DNA of 64,000 nucleotides, from assembly GCA_037190965.1 (NCBI GenBank), contig JBBCKI010000004.1, forward strand, positions 32,001 to 96,000. Reading direction: 5' to 3'. The translations under genes and the position numbers were made by a program. Positions 29,801 through 39,100 of the stretch are shown here, one piece after another. Source of the DNA: Chthoniobacteraceae bacterium (GTDB lineage: Bacteria; Verrucomicrobiota; Verrucomicrobiia; Chthoniobacterales; Chthoniobacteraceae). The notes below the pieces were generated by a model that saw only the letters and a list, made by a program, of their open reading frames with translations, was not told the origin of the DNA and did no database searches. Each line of letters begins with the position of its first letter. Positions within the stretch are counted from its first letter, which is position 1.

Positions 29801-31011
29801 ATCCAAAGAGCAGCTTTGGGCGGTTAACCCCAGGCAATGCCCCTGAGGATATCCTACCCAAGCTGGGCCTGCCCAGCCGCTTGACTGCTGCCCTGCGTAA
29901 GGACGGAAAGCCGGGGGATTGGGATGCAGGCATGCCCTTTGTGAACGGCTATGGAGACGGATGGGCCGATTCCGGGCCCTATATCAACAAGGCCGACGAC
30001 GGAGCATTTGGCTACAGGGCAAATTCCACGGGCACGCCCGTTGTTCCCTATTTTCGCTCCGCAGCCTCGCTCGTCATGGAGCAGAACGCCTATACACCCA
30101 ATCGAATTCTGCCATCTGCCGTGATGTTCGGCTCGCTACCCGTTGGAGTGGTACGAGGTCTCCCCTGGCAGACCCTCCTCTTCCGGCCCGATTACCCGTC
30201 CCATCCCGGCGCGAGTTCTCCCCCCGATCATTTGGTGCTCGACCTCTTTGCAATGCCTACAGTCGAGCCCTACCCCATTAGCGAACCATTCTCTACCGAT
30301 GGCAAAGTCAACCTGAACTTTCAGATCGCTCCTTTTACCTACATCAAGCGGGACACCGCGCTCCGGGCCGTGCTGCACGCCACGCGCCTTTTTGCCGTCC
30401 CCGCAACGAACGCTTACCTGAATGTCTTTGATTACGCGGGCACTACAGCAGCCGCAGGAGTGAGATACAACTATCGCTATCCCATCAACAGGGACGCGAC
30501 TATGAAACTCTTCGAGGATCGCCTAGCCTCCAACAAGCCCTTCCTCACCGCCTCCGCCATTTGTGAGATGCCCCTCGTGCCTAAGCCCGAAAGCTTGGTG
30601 GCATCAGGAATCCAGCCACAATCCGATACTCCGTTTCAAGCAACCCTTTCCGACTCCGCATCGGTTTCGGTGATCGATACCTACCTCAAAAATTTCTGGG
30701 ACACTTGGGGTAACGGCACGGCTGACAACCTTCGGGAGCGGCCGTACACCACCATCTACCCTCGTGTCACCGCCCGATCGAATACCTTCACCGTGCACAT
30801 GTGTGTTCAGCGGCTGAAAAGATCACCAAGCTCGGAGGCTGATACTTTCAACAGCTCCAAAGGCGGCCAAATCACCAGCGAGTACCGCGGTTCAGTCAGC
30901 ATCGAGCGTTTCCTTGACGCCAACAACACCGATTTCGAAATTGACCAGGCAGGCAGCCAACTCGGGCCCTATTTGTTTAGAGTCACCAACTTCAGAGAGT
31001 TCTCCCCCTGA
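26875..31011 (+). CDS. Verru_Chthon cassette protein A
   Basis: ~1380 aa; KG-WALFLILVVL prepilin-like N-terminus; PMPVRWLY, RLAFWTDDETCKINLNTAS, YPGHPATTSL, PSAVMFGSLP, PWQTLLFRP, EPFSTDGKVNLN, DNLRERPY, EYRGS motifs. Confidence 0.92.
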   Translation: MIYFRQATATWRRFVRRNPAHHRRPTFRQRKNQKGWALFLILVVLAILSVVILAFLSSTRTDLAMSSAYNYSNQSRMTAESIGNLIVGQIRQATSQPKATWITQPGLIRTFLEDGSVGPAYKLYSSNVMIAAGGFDPEAALNTEVPGDWPSRPDQFFDLNRPIKNATGQWIYPILNPAAEGVIEGFKNLSAEKQIAAGTAPAYTAPSAKPLPMPVRWLYELEDGTLAAQGDDGKIPGTSASNPPVARLAFWTDDETCKINLNTASSGMYWDAPRGRGNNFEKGDFATGAAGSDPIVAKTGLAASPPGQGEYNRYPGHPATTSLDVVLSNTAFFTTILDDTERRKKILSYSPRIRFGGSKFGSAFPQKKDAIVPGSERLYATIDEYFYSPNRSPNNDGKNGILADKLDLARFFLTTNSRSPEATVFNTPRVTIWPMPRNKADRTPYDTTIAFCSSIGGREYLFTRGKFLDGAFSLSSNNTLTGASTIPALNPTMDFTTTNSEIYDYLYHEMQRSIPGYGASLQDKFQGDTSSILTLIYDYIRSTNLYDLSAPNSAPYTSRPFLQNELVKYLGVPTAGASHSSTDIASLARPSYSDSSPATYYHHIGSAYVGQVVPINITRNGNTTRGLGRFPVITGATLVLFATDPVDMTLKYEDWKDPQDETYAKHKAPTAVPEFASFSPSQTPPVPAHPASKIQAFLLFSVATPSAGALGHAFSYDLEVTGLDGAQLTTVNELGSPTTVPMGFPPLAINRVASGIQGTIGLSANFVQMKGVPNWGNPFTYAAMKTLGEPSLYNIRSKTAITPATGDNAHVYPFVSAILPINGSPTVSFGDVTMNVTIKVDNNSLQTYTIKLPAFTAPAPKWALLGKEKINSDNTVIHHWYDSLVSGRDAKERGRLLGLGGDTRYSNGMNIPFAGEERNLPTLILPYDLDVVRGVELVHGDFRLIGGTPIVPETEYQKCDGYDDSSRFQACNLILHPKSSFGRLTPGNAPEDILPKLGLPSRLTAALRKDGKPGDWDAGMPFVNGYGDGWADSGPYINKADDGAFGYRANSTGTPVVPYFRSAASLVMEQNAYTPNRILPSAVMFGSLPVGVVRGLPWQTLLFRPDYPSHPGASSPPDHLVLDLFAMPTVEPYPISEPFSTDGKVNLNFQIAPFTYIKRDTALRAVLHATRLFAVPATNAYLNVFDYAGTTAAAGVRYNYRYPINRDATMKLFEDRLASNKPFLTASAICEMPLVPKPESLVASGIQPQSDTPFQATLSDSASVSVIDTYLKNFWDTWGNGTADNLRERPYTTIYPRVTARSNTFTVHMCVQRLKRSPSSEADTFNSSKGGQITSEYRGSVSIERFLDANNTDFEIDQAGSQLGPYLFRVTNFREFSP

Positions 31012-31042
31012 TCTCCCAAGCGCCCCTCTACTCCTCCCCCCC

Positions 31043-31531
31043 ATGACTCCAAAGCACTTTGCCGAATATCAGCCCCCACCAGGCCGCTCTGCACACCGGG
31101 CGTCGGCCTTCTCATTGGTCGAAATCGTCCTCGCCCTCTCGATTCTTTCATTTGGACTAGTTGCCCTGCTGGGGCTCTTCCCGGTCGGGCTCGGAGCGTT
31201 CCGCAATTCCAAGGAGAAGGTCACTCATGGAGAAATCATCAAACTGCTTGCTTCCGAGCTCTCCTCCATGAGGTTTGATCAACTCGCTAGTGTCCGGGGC
31301 AAACCCTACTATTTTGCAGAGGATGGTTCCCCTGTGATCGATACCAACGAGTCATTCGTTTATCGCGTCGAGATCGACGTAGTTCAGCCGAACACCCCCC
31401 TGCCGACAGGCACCACGTCCCCAGCGTCTCTGTCCGATTGCAGCACCGTGCAGATCCGCATCGCTCACGCTCGGCCCGAGAACGCAACACCGTGGCGCTA
31501 CAATCTCATCATCGCCAACCGAGGCTTATGA
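31043..31531 (+). CDS. Verru_Chthon cassette protein B (pseudopilin-like)
   Basis: AFSLVEIVLALSILSFGLVALLGLFPVGL, YFAEDG; follows A. Confidence 0.9.
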   Translation: MTPKHFAEYQPPPGRSAHRASAFSLVEIVLALSILSFGLVALLGLFPVGLGAFRNSKEKVTHGEIIKLLASELSSMRFDQLASVRGKPYYFAEDGSPVIDTNESFVYRVEIDVVQPNTPLPTGTTSPASLSDCSTVQIRIAHARPENATPWRYNLIIANRGL

Positions 31532-32589
31532 CCCGCCTGCCTACCATTTCGACATCGAGGAACAGGGCTTTCACGCTTGTGGAGTTGCTGGTCTCCCTGA
31601 CCGTGATGGTACTGCTCGCTGTCATTCTCGTTGGAATTCTCGATTCTGCCTCGCGCATCACCCAACAGACCCGAAATTCCATCGAATCGTTTCAAGCCGC
31701 ACGCGCGGCGTTTGAAACCATCACCAGCCGTCTGGCTCAAGCGACCCTCAACACCTACTATAGCTACGACGATCTGGCCAACCCCACTCTTTACCGCCGC
31801 CAATCCGAACTGCACTTTTTGACGGGCCAGGCGAAGGATATTTTGCCTTCCGACGTTTTGCAGAACCAACGTTTCGGACACGCCATTTTCTTCCAATACC
31901 CAGGTGGCTTCAACCCGGACCTGACGGGCCCTCTCCGCGAGTTGTTGAACGGATGTGGCTATTTCATCTCTTTCTGCAAGGAAGATGATGAGCGCCTTGG
32001 CCTGGTTCCCGAGATACCCGGCCTCAACATTTCGGAAGACAAATATCGCTACCGGTTGATCGAAGTATTGCAGCCCGCCGCCAACCTCGGTGTTTATAAG
32101 GATCCGACCGCACACCAGTGGATCGTCGAGCTCTGCAAAATGAAGGAAACCCAGTTCGGGGTCTTGGCCGACAACGTGTTCCTGCTTGCCATCCTGCCGA
32201 GGCTCTCTCCCAGCGACGACGTGATGAGAACCTCGCTAGCGCCAGAGTATACCTACGATTCAAGAGCGGACCGCGCCTTCTCCTCAACCACCGCGACCGG
32301 CGATAAAATCACCTCCTCGACTCTCCATCAACTCCCTCCGCAAGTGGAAGTCGTGATGATTGCGCTGGATCGGCCTTCCGCTCAACGTCTCGCTGCTAAA
32401 AACGGCGACAGCCCTCCCGATTTGGGAGTCGGCGAGGAGGCCAGCCGTTTTGTCGAGGCGAGCAAGCTCGACGAAGATCTGGCGGAACTGCTTAAGCTCC
32501 TGAACGGGAATCATCTCAGATATCGTGTCTTCAGGACAGTCGTCCCCATCAAAGGCGCAAAATGGAGCCCGGAAAGAAAGAAACCGTGA
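31528..32589 (+). CDS. Verru_Chthon cassette protein C (pseudopilin-like)
   Basis: AFTLVELLVS, FQAARAAFE, QATLNTY, YRRQSELHF, HQLPP; ATGA overlap with B. Confidence 0.9.
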   Translation: MTRLPTISTSRNRAFTLVELLVSLTVMVLLAVILVGILDSASRITQQTRNSIESFQAARAAFETITSRLAQATLNTYYSYDDLANPTLYRRQSELHFLTGQAKDILPSDVLQNQRFGHAIFFQYPGGFNPDLTGPLRELLNGCGYFISFCKEDDERLGLVPEIPGLNISEDKYRYRLIEVLQPAANLGVYKDPTAHQWIVELCKMKETQFGVLADNVFLLAILPRLSPSDDVMRTSLAPEYTYDSRADRAFSSTTATGDKITSSTLHQLPPQVEVVMIALDRPSAQRLAAKNGDSPPDLGVGEEASRFVEASKLDEDLAELLKLLNGNHLRYRVFRTVVPIKGAKWSPERKKP

Positions 32590-33173
32590 ACGCCCTTCTC
32601 CAACGCCGATCTGGCATGACGTTGATCGAACTTCTTCTCGTCATCGCCATCGTCCTCACGCTGCTATGCTTCGCGCTTCCCTCCGTCACCGGTATTACCG
32701 GCGCCTCCAAGCTCACCAAAGCCGGACAGTTAGTCGGGGATCAGTTCCAACTCGCGCGCCAATACGCCGTCACAAAAAACCAGAATATCCAGGTAAGGAT
32801 TTACAAGACCCATCGCACCGATGAAGCGGCCGACAGTTACTGTGCCACGGCGATTTTCCAGCTACCTTCCGACGGCAGTTCCCCCCAGATCCTGGAGCCC
32901 GTGGCCTATTTGCCTTCCGGAATCGCGATCGCACAGAATGACGTGCTCTCCTCCCTGCTCGATCAATTCGAACCGACCGAACTCGACCCCAAATTCGGGA
33001 AAAATTATCGTTCGCTAACCTTCCGACCCAACGGATCTGTCGAAATCATTAACGCCAAATCCTGGTTGACGATCGTAAAGGCCCATGAAATTGACGTGGC
33101 CAGCCTCCCCAAGAATTACTACACCATAAAAGTCGTCCCCGCCAACGGGATCGTAAAAACGTTTCGGCCTTAG
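32586..33173 (+). CDS. Verru_Chthon cassette protein D (pseudopilin-like)
   Basis: GMTLIELLLV, LARQYA, FRPNGS, NYYTI, C-terminal FRP; GTGA overlap with C. Confidence 0.9.
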   Translation: MNALLQRRSGMTLIELLLVIAIVLTLLCFALPSVTGITGASKLTKAGQLVGDQFQLARQYAVTKNQNIQVRIYKTHRTDEAADSYCATAIFQLPSDGSSPQILEPVAYLPSGIAIAQNDVLSSLLDQFEPTELDPKFGKNYRSLTFRPNGSVEIINAKSWLTIVKAHEIDVASLPKNYYTIKVVPANGIVKTFRP

Positions 33174-33540
33174 CCTAAAGCGTTTACATTCAATTCGCCG
33201 CTTCCTGGGAGGTATTCGCGTTTGACCTCAAAAAATCAGCGTACAAATTGCATATAGATTGAGGCCGTTTCTTAGCGATTCCGAACGGCTACACCCAGTC
33301 GCGGGTCTGCTGCGAGATCATAGGTCAAGAGATATTCAATGTTACCGGCGGAGTGCGTTACAAGGTCGACAATAAGCGGCTTTAGGGAGGACATACTCCT
33401 CGTGCTTGATCTTTCAAGATGCTCAAATGCTGTTTTCTTTCATATCTGAAAGCCGTGCGGTGGCCCCATGAAAGAGCGAAGAGTCACTAGAAATCAACCA
33501 CTTAAAACCAATCATGTCCCCATTCTTTGGGGAAGAGCCA

Positions 33541-33576
33541 AAGGATTGGAGCGGGTGAAGGGAATCGAACCCTCGT
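33541..33576. repeat. att site, duplicated tRNA-Gly 3' end
   Basis: AAGGATTGGAGCGGGTGAAGGGAATCGAACCCTCGT is identical to 40961-40996. Confidence 0.95.
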
Positions 33577-33649
33577 GTCCATTCAGACCCCAGACAGCCA
33601 CGTAAGTTACTCATAATCAACACAACAAAATCTCTTCGACATAGGCGAA

Positions 33650-33670
33650 TGTTGTTACTATTGTTGTTAC
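33650..33670 (+). promoter_or_regulatory. Putative integrase arm-type binding sites
   Basis: TGTTGTTAC twice at a 12-bp period; a matching pair TGTTGTTAT/GGTTGTTAC with the same period lies at 40895-40915. Confidence 0.55.
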
Positions 33671-33673
33671 CTC

Positions 33674-34852
33674 ATGGCCAGCATTCGCAAGCACCCCAAC
33701 AGCCCTTTCTGGTTCGCCTGCTTCAGGGATTCCAATGGTACCCGCACGACGCGCTCGACCAAAACCAGGGATCGGAACCAAGCCCTTAAAATGGCGGTCG
33801 AGTGGGAGTTGGCAGCCGAGCGTGCAGCCAAAGGGCATCTAATTGAAGCACAGGCAAGAAATGTCATCAATTCAATCCTGGAACACTCCGGCCAAGAGGC
33901 GATCACGTTCTACAAGACGAAGGATTGGCTAACCGAATGGCTGAAAGATAAGAGCCTTTCCCGGGAAGCAACCACAACGGCCAAGTATAAGCCGGTCATC
34001 GAACGGTTCCTGAAACATCTTGGCCCACGTGCCAAGATGGGGCTCGCGCACATCAAACCGGCAGATATCCGCTCATTCCGTGATCTACTGCACTGCGAGG
34101 GACGGGCAGCGTCGACGGTGAACCAGATCATTGCAAAAGTCCTCTCCGCCCCTCTCAACAAAGCCGTCCGCCTCGGTTACATCCCAATCAACCCGTGCGC
34201 CTCAGTCGAACCGCTTAAAAAAGAAGAAGCTGAAGCCGGGGTCTTTACCCTGGAACAGATGAAAGCCCTTCTGGACGCTGCCCCTTCCCAAGATTGGCGC
34301 GGTCTTATCCTTGCTGGCTTCTTCACCGGCCAACGGTTGCGCGACTTGGCAGACCTCATCTGGAAGCAAGTCGACCTCCCAAAGCGGATGATCTTCATCA
34401 ACAGCCAGAAGAAGACGAAGGTCGGCGTGGCCATTCCGATCCACGAAGACCTTTTAGCCCACCTGTTGAAATTCCCCTCTCCCGACGACGAGGACGCTCC
34501 CGTCTTCTCCTCCCTCCACGGTAAAGCCGGAGGCGGCAAGAGTGGACTAAGCGAGGCTTTCAAGCGGATCATGGTCAAGTCCGGCATTGCTCTTAAGAAG
34601 CGTCTGGAAGCAGGTGGAGATGCAGGCCGGGGACGCAACGAATTGAGCTTCGACAGTCTACGCCATTCGTTCAACTCGGTCTTGGCGAACGCTGGCATTT
34701 CACAAGAAATCCGCCAAAAGCTAACCGGGCACCGGGATTCAAACACCAACAAGATTTATACGCATTTTGATTTTCCCTCTCTCGAAGGAGCTGTTAGGGC
34801 AGTTCCTTCCCTCGGCAGAAAAAATGGGAAAGCCCGACCTGAGAGTGAGTAG
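33674..34852 (+). CDS. Tyrosine recombinase / integrase
   Basis: TGQRL (R), QKKT (K), FDSLRHS (HxxR position reads DxxR), LTGH (H), IYTH (Y); N-terminal arm-binding domain. Confidence 0.95.
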   Translation: MASIRKHPNSPFWFACFRDSNGTRTTRSTKTRDRNQALKMAVEWELAAERAAKGHLIEAQARNVINSILEHSGQEAITFYKTKDWLTEWLKDKSLSREATTTAKYKPVIERFLKHLGPRAKMGLAHIKPADIRSFRDLLHCEGRAASTVNQIIAKVLSAPLNKAVRLGYIPINPCASVEPLKKEEAEAGVFTLEQMKALLDAAPSQDWRGLILAGFFTGQRLRDLADLIWKQVDLPKRMIFINSQKKTKVGVAIPIHEDLLAHLLKFPSPDDEDAPVFSSLHGKAGGGKSGLSEAFKRIMVKSGIALKKRLEAGGDAGRGRNELSFDSLRHSFNSVLANAGISQEIRQKLTGHRDSNTNKIYTHFDFPSLEGAVRAVPSLGRKNGKARPESE

Positions 34853-34947
34853 ATCAAAGTTCCACGATATGATTGAGGTCTTCCCCCCGTACTACTTTGC
34901 CAGGACCGACCCTTCCTCGGTTCACGTTGACGACTAAGGATGGTGGC

Positions 34948-35400
34948 TCAGTCAAGCGGGACGGAAGGCGGCGAATCGGGGGTTGGCAACGTTAGAGTGA
35001 CCAAATGAGTTGCAGGTTCACTGGCGCAGTAGTGCAGTTTCCCGCTGGAGACCATCCGCTCGATTTCGCGGCGAAAGCCCTCCCGATCGGGAAGCCATGG
35101 ATATGCTTCCCTGTGGTCAGCAGCAAAATTGTATAATTTCCACGGATCCGCACCGACCAAGGATTCATCAGGGCCAAAATCAAAATCTAGTTCGAGTTCA
35201 GCAGCCAAGAACCGACACCCGATTCCATGGAAGAAGTATTCACCTCCACCGAAGCTTTTGCTGTATCCATTTCTCGGCACATCGCCTGCATTTACTGACT
35301 TTAGCAAGCATTCAACACCCAGCAACTCCCTCAACTCGCTGGTAACCTGATTGGCTAAAGCGAGGTAGTCATGGATTAAAGTTTTGATTTGTTCTTCCAT
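34948..35400 (-). CDS. Putative orphan immunity protein (DUF6896-like)
   Basis: YFFHGIGCRF...DFDFG motif; start overlaps (TAATG) the stop of a toxin-tip-like fragment. Confidence 0.6.
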   Translation of the reverse strand: MEEQIKTLIHDYLALANQVTSELRELLGVECLLKSVNAGDVPRNGYSKSFGGGEYFFHGIGCRFLAAELELDFDFGPDESLVGADPWKLYNFAADHREAYPWLPDREGFRREIERMVSSGKLHYCASEPATHLVTLTLPTPDSPPSVPLD

Positions 35401-35540
35401 TATCGAACCCTCAGTTTTACCGGGCCAGCTTCAGCAGCCGCTTGAACCACGTCATCTGCGGTGTTGTAAAAATATTTCCCAAGCTCGCTTTCAGGCACGC
35501 TGTTGTAGGGAACTTCGATTCCGACTCTTCCCGCAGCCTG
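35400..35540 (-). pseudogene. Probable orphan C-terminal tip of a polymorphic toxin
   Basis: Frame QAAGRVGIEVPYNSVPESELGKYFYNTADDVVQAAAEAGPVKLRVR* is coupled to the next gene and begins at the edge of the palindromic element. Confidence 0.5.
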
Positions 35541-35667
35541 GCGCGGATTTGGGGTCATGGCGCGGATTTGGGGTCAGGCGACATATTTTGACAAACGAGG
35601 ATGATTTTCGGTTTCCAGTCAAGAAATGTCGCCTGACCCTCCTCTGCGTTTGACCCTCCTCTGCGTT
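35539..35667. repeat. Palindromic MITE/REP-like element with tandemly duplicated termini
   Basis: IR GGGTCAGGCGACATATTTTGAC (35571-35592) / GTCAAGAAATGTCGCCTGACCC (35618-35639), 20/22 match. Left 19-bp tandem TGGCGCGGATTTGGGGTCA x2; right 17-bp tandem TGACCCTCCTCTGCGTT x2. Confidence 0.85.
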
Positions 35668-35669
35668 GT

Positions 35670-36122
35670 CTACTCCTCGCCATTGAGGAACGCTGGTAAC
35701 TTCTGAATCCAATCCGCAAACGAGTCTGTGTAGCGACGAATACTCCCGTCTCCATGGTCGCGAAAATAGACCGCAGACTCTCTGCCCTCATTGGTATCGA
35801 GCGCAAAATAGTCTCCATTTCCAATTCCGTAGAATGGGATGAGATTGGAAGGCCACCCACCAAGCTCTCTCTCGCTGTTGTAGACGCTTGGGATCGTGTC
35901 ATTACCGTTGGTCTTGGCACCCGGCGACTGAGGAACATTGTAAATATCCCCCGGAAACGAATAGGCACTCATTAACTCGATAAAAGCCTTAAACTCTCCG
36001 GGAAAAGTCGTTCCAAAGAGAGCTTCCAAACTTCGCCAATCAGCATCAGTTGGAACATCGTACGGTGGCGTTTCGGGCTCCAGAATAGTCTGAAGAATTA
36101 CTTCGATTTCTTGTGTTGTCAT
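35670..36122 (-). CDS. SMI1/KNR4 (SUKH) family immunity protein
   Basis: LEALFGTTFPGEFKAF, LIPFYGIGNGDYFALD, VYFRDH, SFADWI; TGATG overlap with the toxin stop. Confidence 0.9.
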   Translation of the reverse strand: MTTQEIEVILQTILEPETPPYDVPTDADWRSLEALFGTTFPGEFKAFIELMSAYSFPGDIYNVPQSPGAKTNGNDTIPSVYNSERELGGWPSNLIPFYGIGNGDYFALDTNEGRESAVYFRDHGDGSIRRYTDSFADWIQKLPAFLNGEE

Positions 36123-39100
36123 CAGATTCCTTCTCCGGGGAGTATGTATTCAGAGCCTCTCTGCTTCCAATGTTCTCGAACCTCTTTCGATCGTTGGGAA
36201 GGCGTGAGGCTAGACGGTTGATTGTGCCTCGTGTGATTTCCGGCACCTCGATGTGTCTTCTGGGTGAGTTCATCGACAACACCACCTTGCGATGTGGGCA
36301 CTTGCTGACGGTGGTGAGCTTCGATGTTCCCGGTTCCATGCGTGGCTCGCGTCGTAGGACCTTTTCCCTGCCGCATGCGCATAACCTCATCAATAGTGGC
36401 AGGTTCATGCTGCACCGCTGGAGCCGACATTGGCGGATCGGGATTGGGATAGTTGGTCGATGATAGCTTATTGGTCCCTTCACCGTTGTTTTCTTTTGTA
36501 GCATTTTCGGCCTTCGCTTTTGTTTCTTTATCGCTCTCGGTAGGCGAGCTTTTTTCATCGCTGGGCCTCGGGTCGTTTGCTCCCTTGGATACAACAATAG
36601 TAGGAGTTGCAACGTCTCTCATCTCCAAGGCTGCATGTCCAGCAGCATTCAGGGCGGCATGTGCCGAAATCCCTGCAGCACCCTTTAGAGCTAAAGCACC
36701 TCCTCTGACAACAAGTCCTCCTCCCATACCCCCAGTACCCAAATCGGCAACGAGCGATACTCCATTCAGGGCGCTTCTTGTAGCGAATTCCGCTCCTCCT
36801 ATCTGGCCGGTGGCATACTGGTAACTATCATAAACCTGGAAGCCCATCGTCACCGCAATACTCCAGAATAGCCCCTCGGGATCAAACTTGGTCCAGGGAT
36901 TCTGCCGGACATACGCATACAAATTCGGTCCATCCACAAATCCTGCCGGATCACGGGTCAACCACGTGTCGGTCTCCAAATCAAAGTACCGGAAACCATG
37001 GTTCACCAATCCCGTTGGGTCTTCCTCCTTGGTGTTCATCTTCTGCCGGTCAGGCGTTGAGCCTTCCTCCTGAGTCCGGCTTCCAAATGCTTCGTACTGC
37101 GCTTGATACGTCAACGCACCGCTACCATTGGTCTTTGCAACCACGTCGCCACGGTTGTTATAATGGCTGTAGCTCGGTGTGTTGTTTCGTAGCGTGTACA
37201 GAATTCCTCCGACGCCTCCGCCGTAGTTCGAACCGCGGATGTACTCGACGGTTCTCGTGCCGCCCTCCTGTTCGAAGCATGAGAGGCCGCCAGAGAAGAC
37301 GACTTTTGTGGTGTTTCCTCCGGCTTGGGATTCGTCCCGTTCCACTCTCCGCGTCCGGTAGTCGTAGACGTAGCCAAAGGTACCGGTGGTCAGGCCGGCG
37401 TCGGGCACGATCTTGATCAGTTCGATCAGGCGGTTTTCGACGTCGTAGGTGTAGGTGTCGGTTTGCGATCCCTTGGTCCGAGTTTTGCGGTTGCCGTTGG
37501 CGTCGTAGGTGTAGGTAATGTTCCCGCCGAGGCCGTTTGCCGCTACGACCTGATTGAGGTTGTTGACCGTGTAGTTGGTGACTCCGGCATTGGCTCCGCC
37601 TGTGACAGTCTTCTGCTTCCGGTTGTTTCCGGCGTCGTAGACGTAGCTTGTGGTGATGTCTGCCGGTCCGTTGGAATCGAGGTCGATGACTTCCTCGGTC
37701 AACCGGTTTGCATTATCGTAAGTGTTTCGGACGGTGCGGTTGGACAGGGTGCCCAGCGAGTATTGTTCCTCGACGACTCTGACGTTACTCGCGAGGTCGT
37801 ACTCGTTGAGCGTCAGGCTCAGGTCGTTGCCTCCCGTTTTTTCCAGGATCGTTTGGATTCGGCCCAGAGCGTCGTAGGTGGTCGCGGTGACGGTGTTGCC
37901 GGGAAGTTGCTTTTCCCGTGCTTTGCCGCTGAGGTCGTAGCGGTAGGTGGTGATCCGGCCGCCTTCAGTCATGGTGCTCAGTCGGTTGAGCGCGTCGTAG
38001 GTGGAGACGATTTGCAGGCCGCTGCCGCCGTAGGTGGTTTTCAGGCGGTTGCCGGCGAGGTCGTATTTGTACTGGTGGGTGTGGCCCCCGCTGGTTTCGG
38101 TGAAGATCCGGTTAAGCGCGTCGTAGCTGTAGCTGACGTTGGCTTTTCCTGATTTTCCGGCTTCGGTGACGCTTAACAGATTGCCGACGGCGTCGTAGGT
38201 GTGGGTTCGAGTCGGATCTGAAGGGCCTCCATTGGCGTAGATGACGCTCTTGAGGCGGTTGCGGGTGTCGTAGGTGGTGACTTGGCCCAGGGAGTCGATC
38301 CGCTGAGTTTTATTGATGGCGTCGTATCGATAGGTGGTAGCCCGGCCCGCCGGGTCGACGACTTTGGTGTTTCGGTTTTGTCCATCGTATTCAAACCGGG
38401 TCTGACGGCTGTCCGGTTTCCGGCAGCGTCGTATTGGTTGACGACGGTGATTCCGGCGGCGTCGGTGGTGCTCAGCAGCCGGTTCAGTTTGTCGTAGGTG
38501 TTGGTGGTGGTATGGTTATTGGGATCCGTGACCCTCAGGATGTTCCCATTGGCGTCGTAGACGGTCTGTGTGTGGGGGCGGCTTGGGCTGCCGCCTGCGA
38601 CGGGAACGGTGGGGGCGTAGATGGTGGAGTTTCCATCCGCATCACGCATCTTCTTCTGCCTCTGCAAGGCGTCGTATTCGTGAATGGTGGTGTTGCCGCG
38701 CGGATCGGTTTCGCTAAGCTTGGAGCCGGCGTCGTTGTAGGTAAACGAGGTAACGAGATCAATTCCCCGGCCGTCGTTCTCGCCATTGCCGTTCATGTCG
38801 CGCACCTGTTTGGCAACGCGGCTCATCGAGTCGTATTCGAAAAGAGTGATGTGACCGTTCTCGTCGTATTCTTTGATTTTATTGCCGCGAGCGTCGTAGA
38901 CCAGGTACTTCGTTCCGCCGTCAGGGTAGCTGACAGCTGTCAGGCGGTTACGTTTGTCATAGCTGAACGTCGTCGTGTTTCCGCGCGGATCGGTGGTCGT
39001 TTTGCGATTGCCATTGGCGTCGTAGGTGTGTTTCGCAGTGATATTGAGCGATCCCGGCGCGGTGATTTCGCTGGCGACGTTCCCGTTTGTGTCGGGGACG

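Noticed and set aside
33547..33600. Second tRNA gene
   Set aside because: Only the 3' 30 nt match; no anticodon or D arm, so this is the att duplication.
35539..35667. CRISPR array
   Set aside because: Adjacent tandem copies with no spacers; no cas genes in the window.
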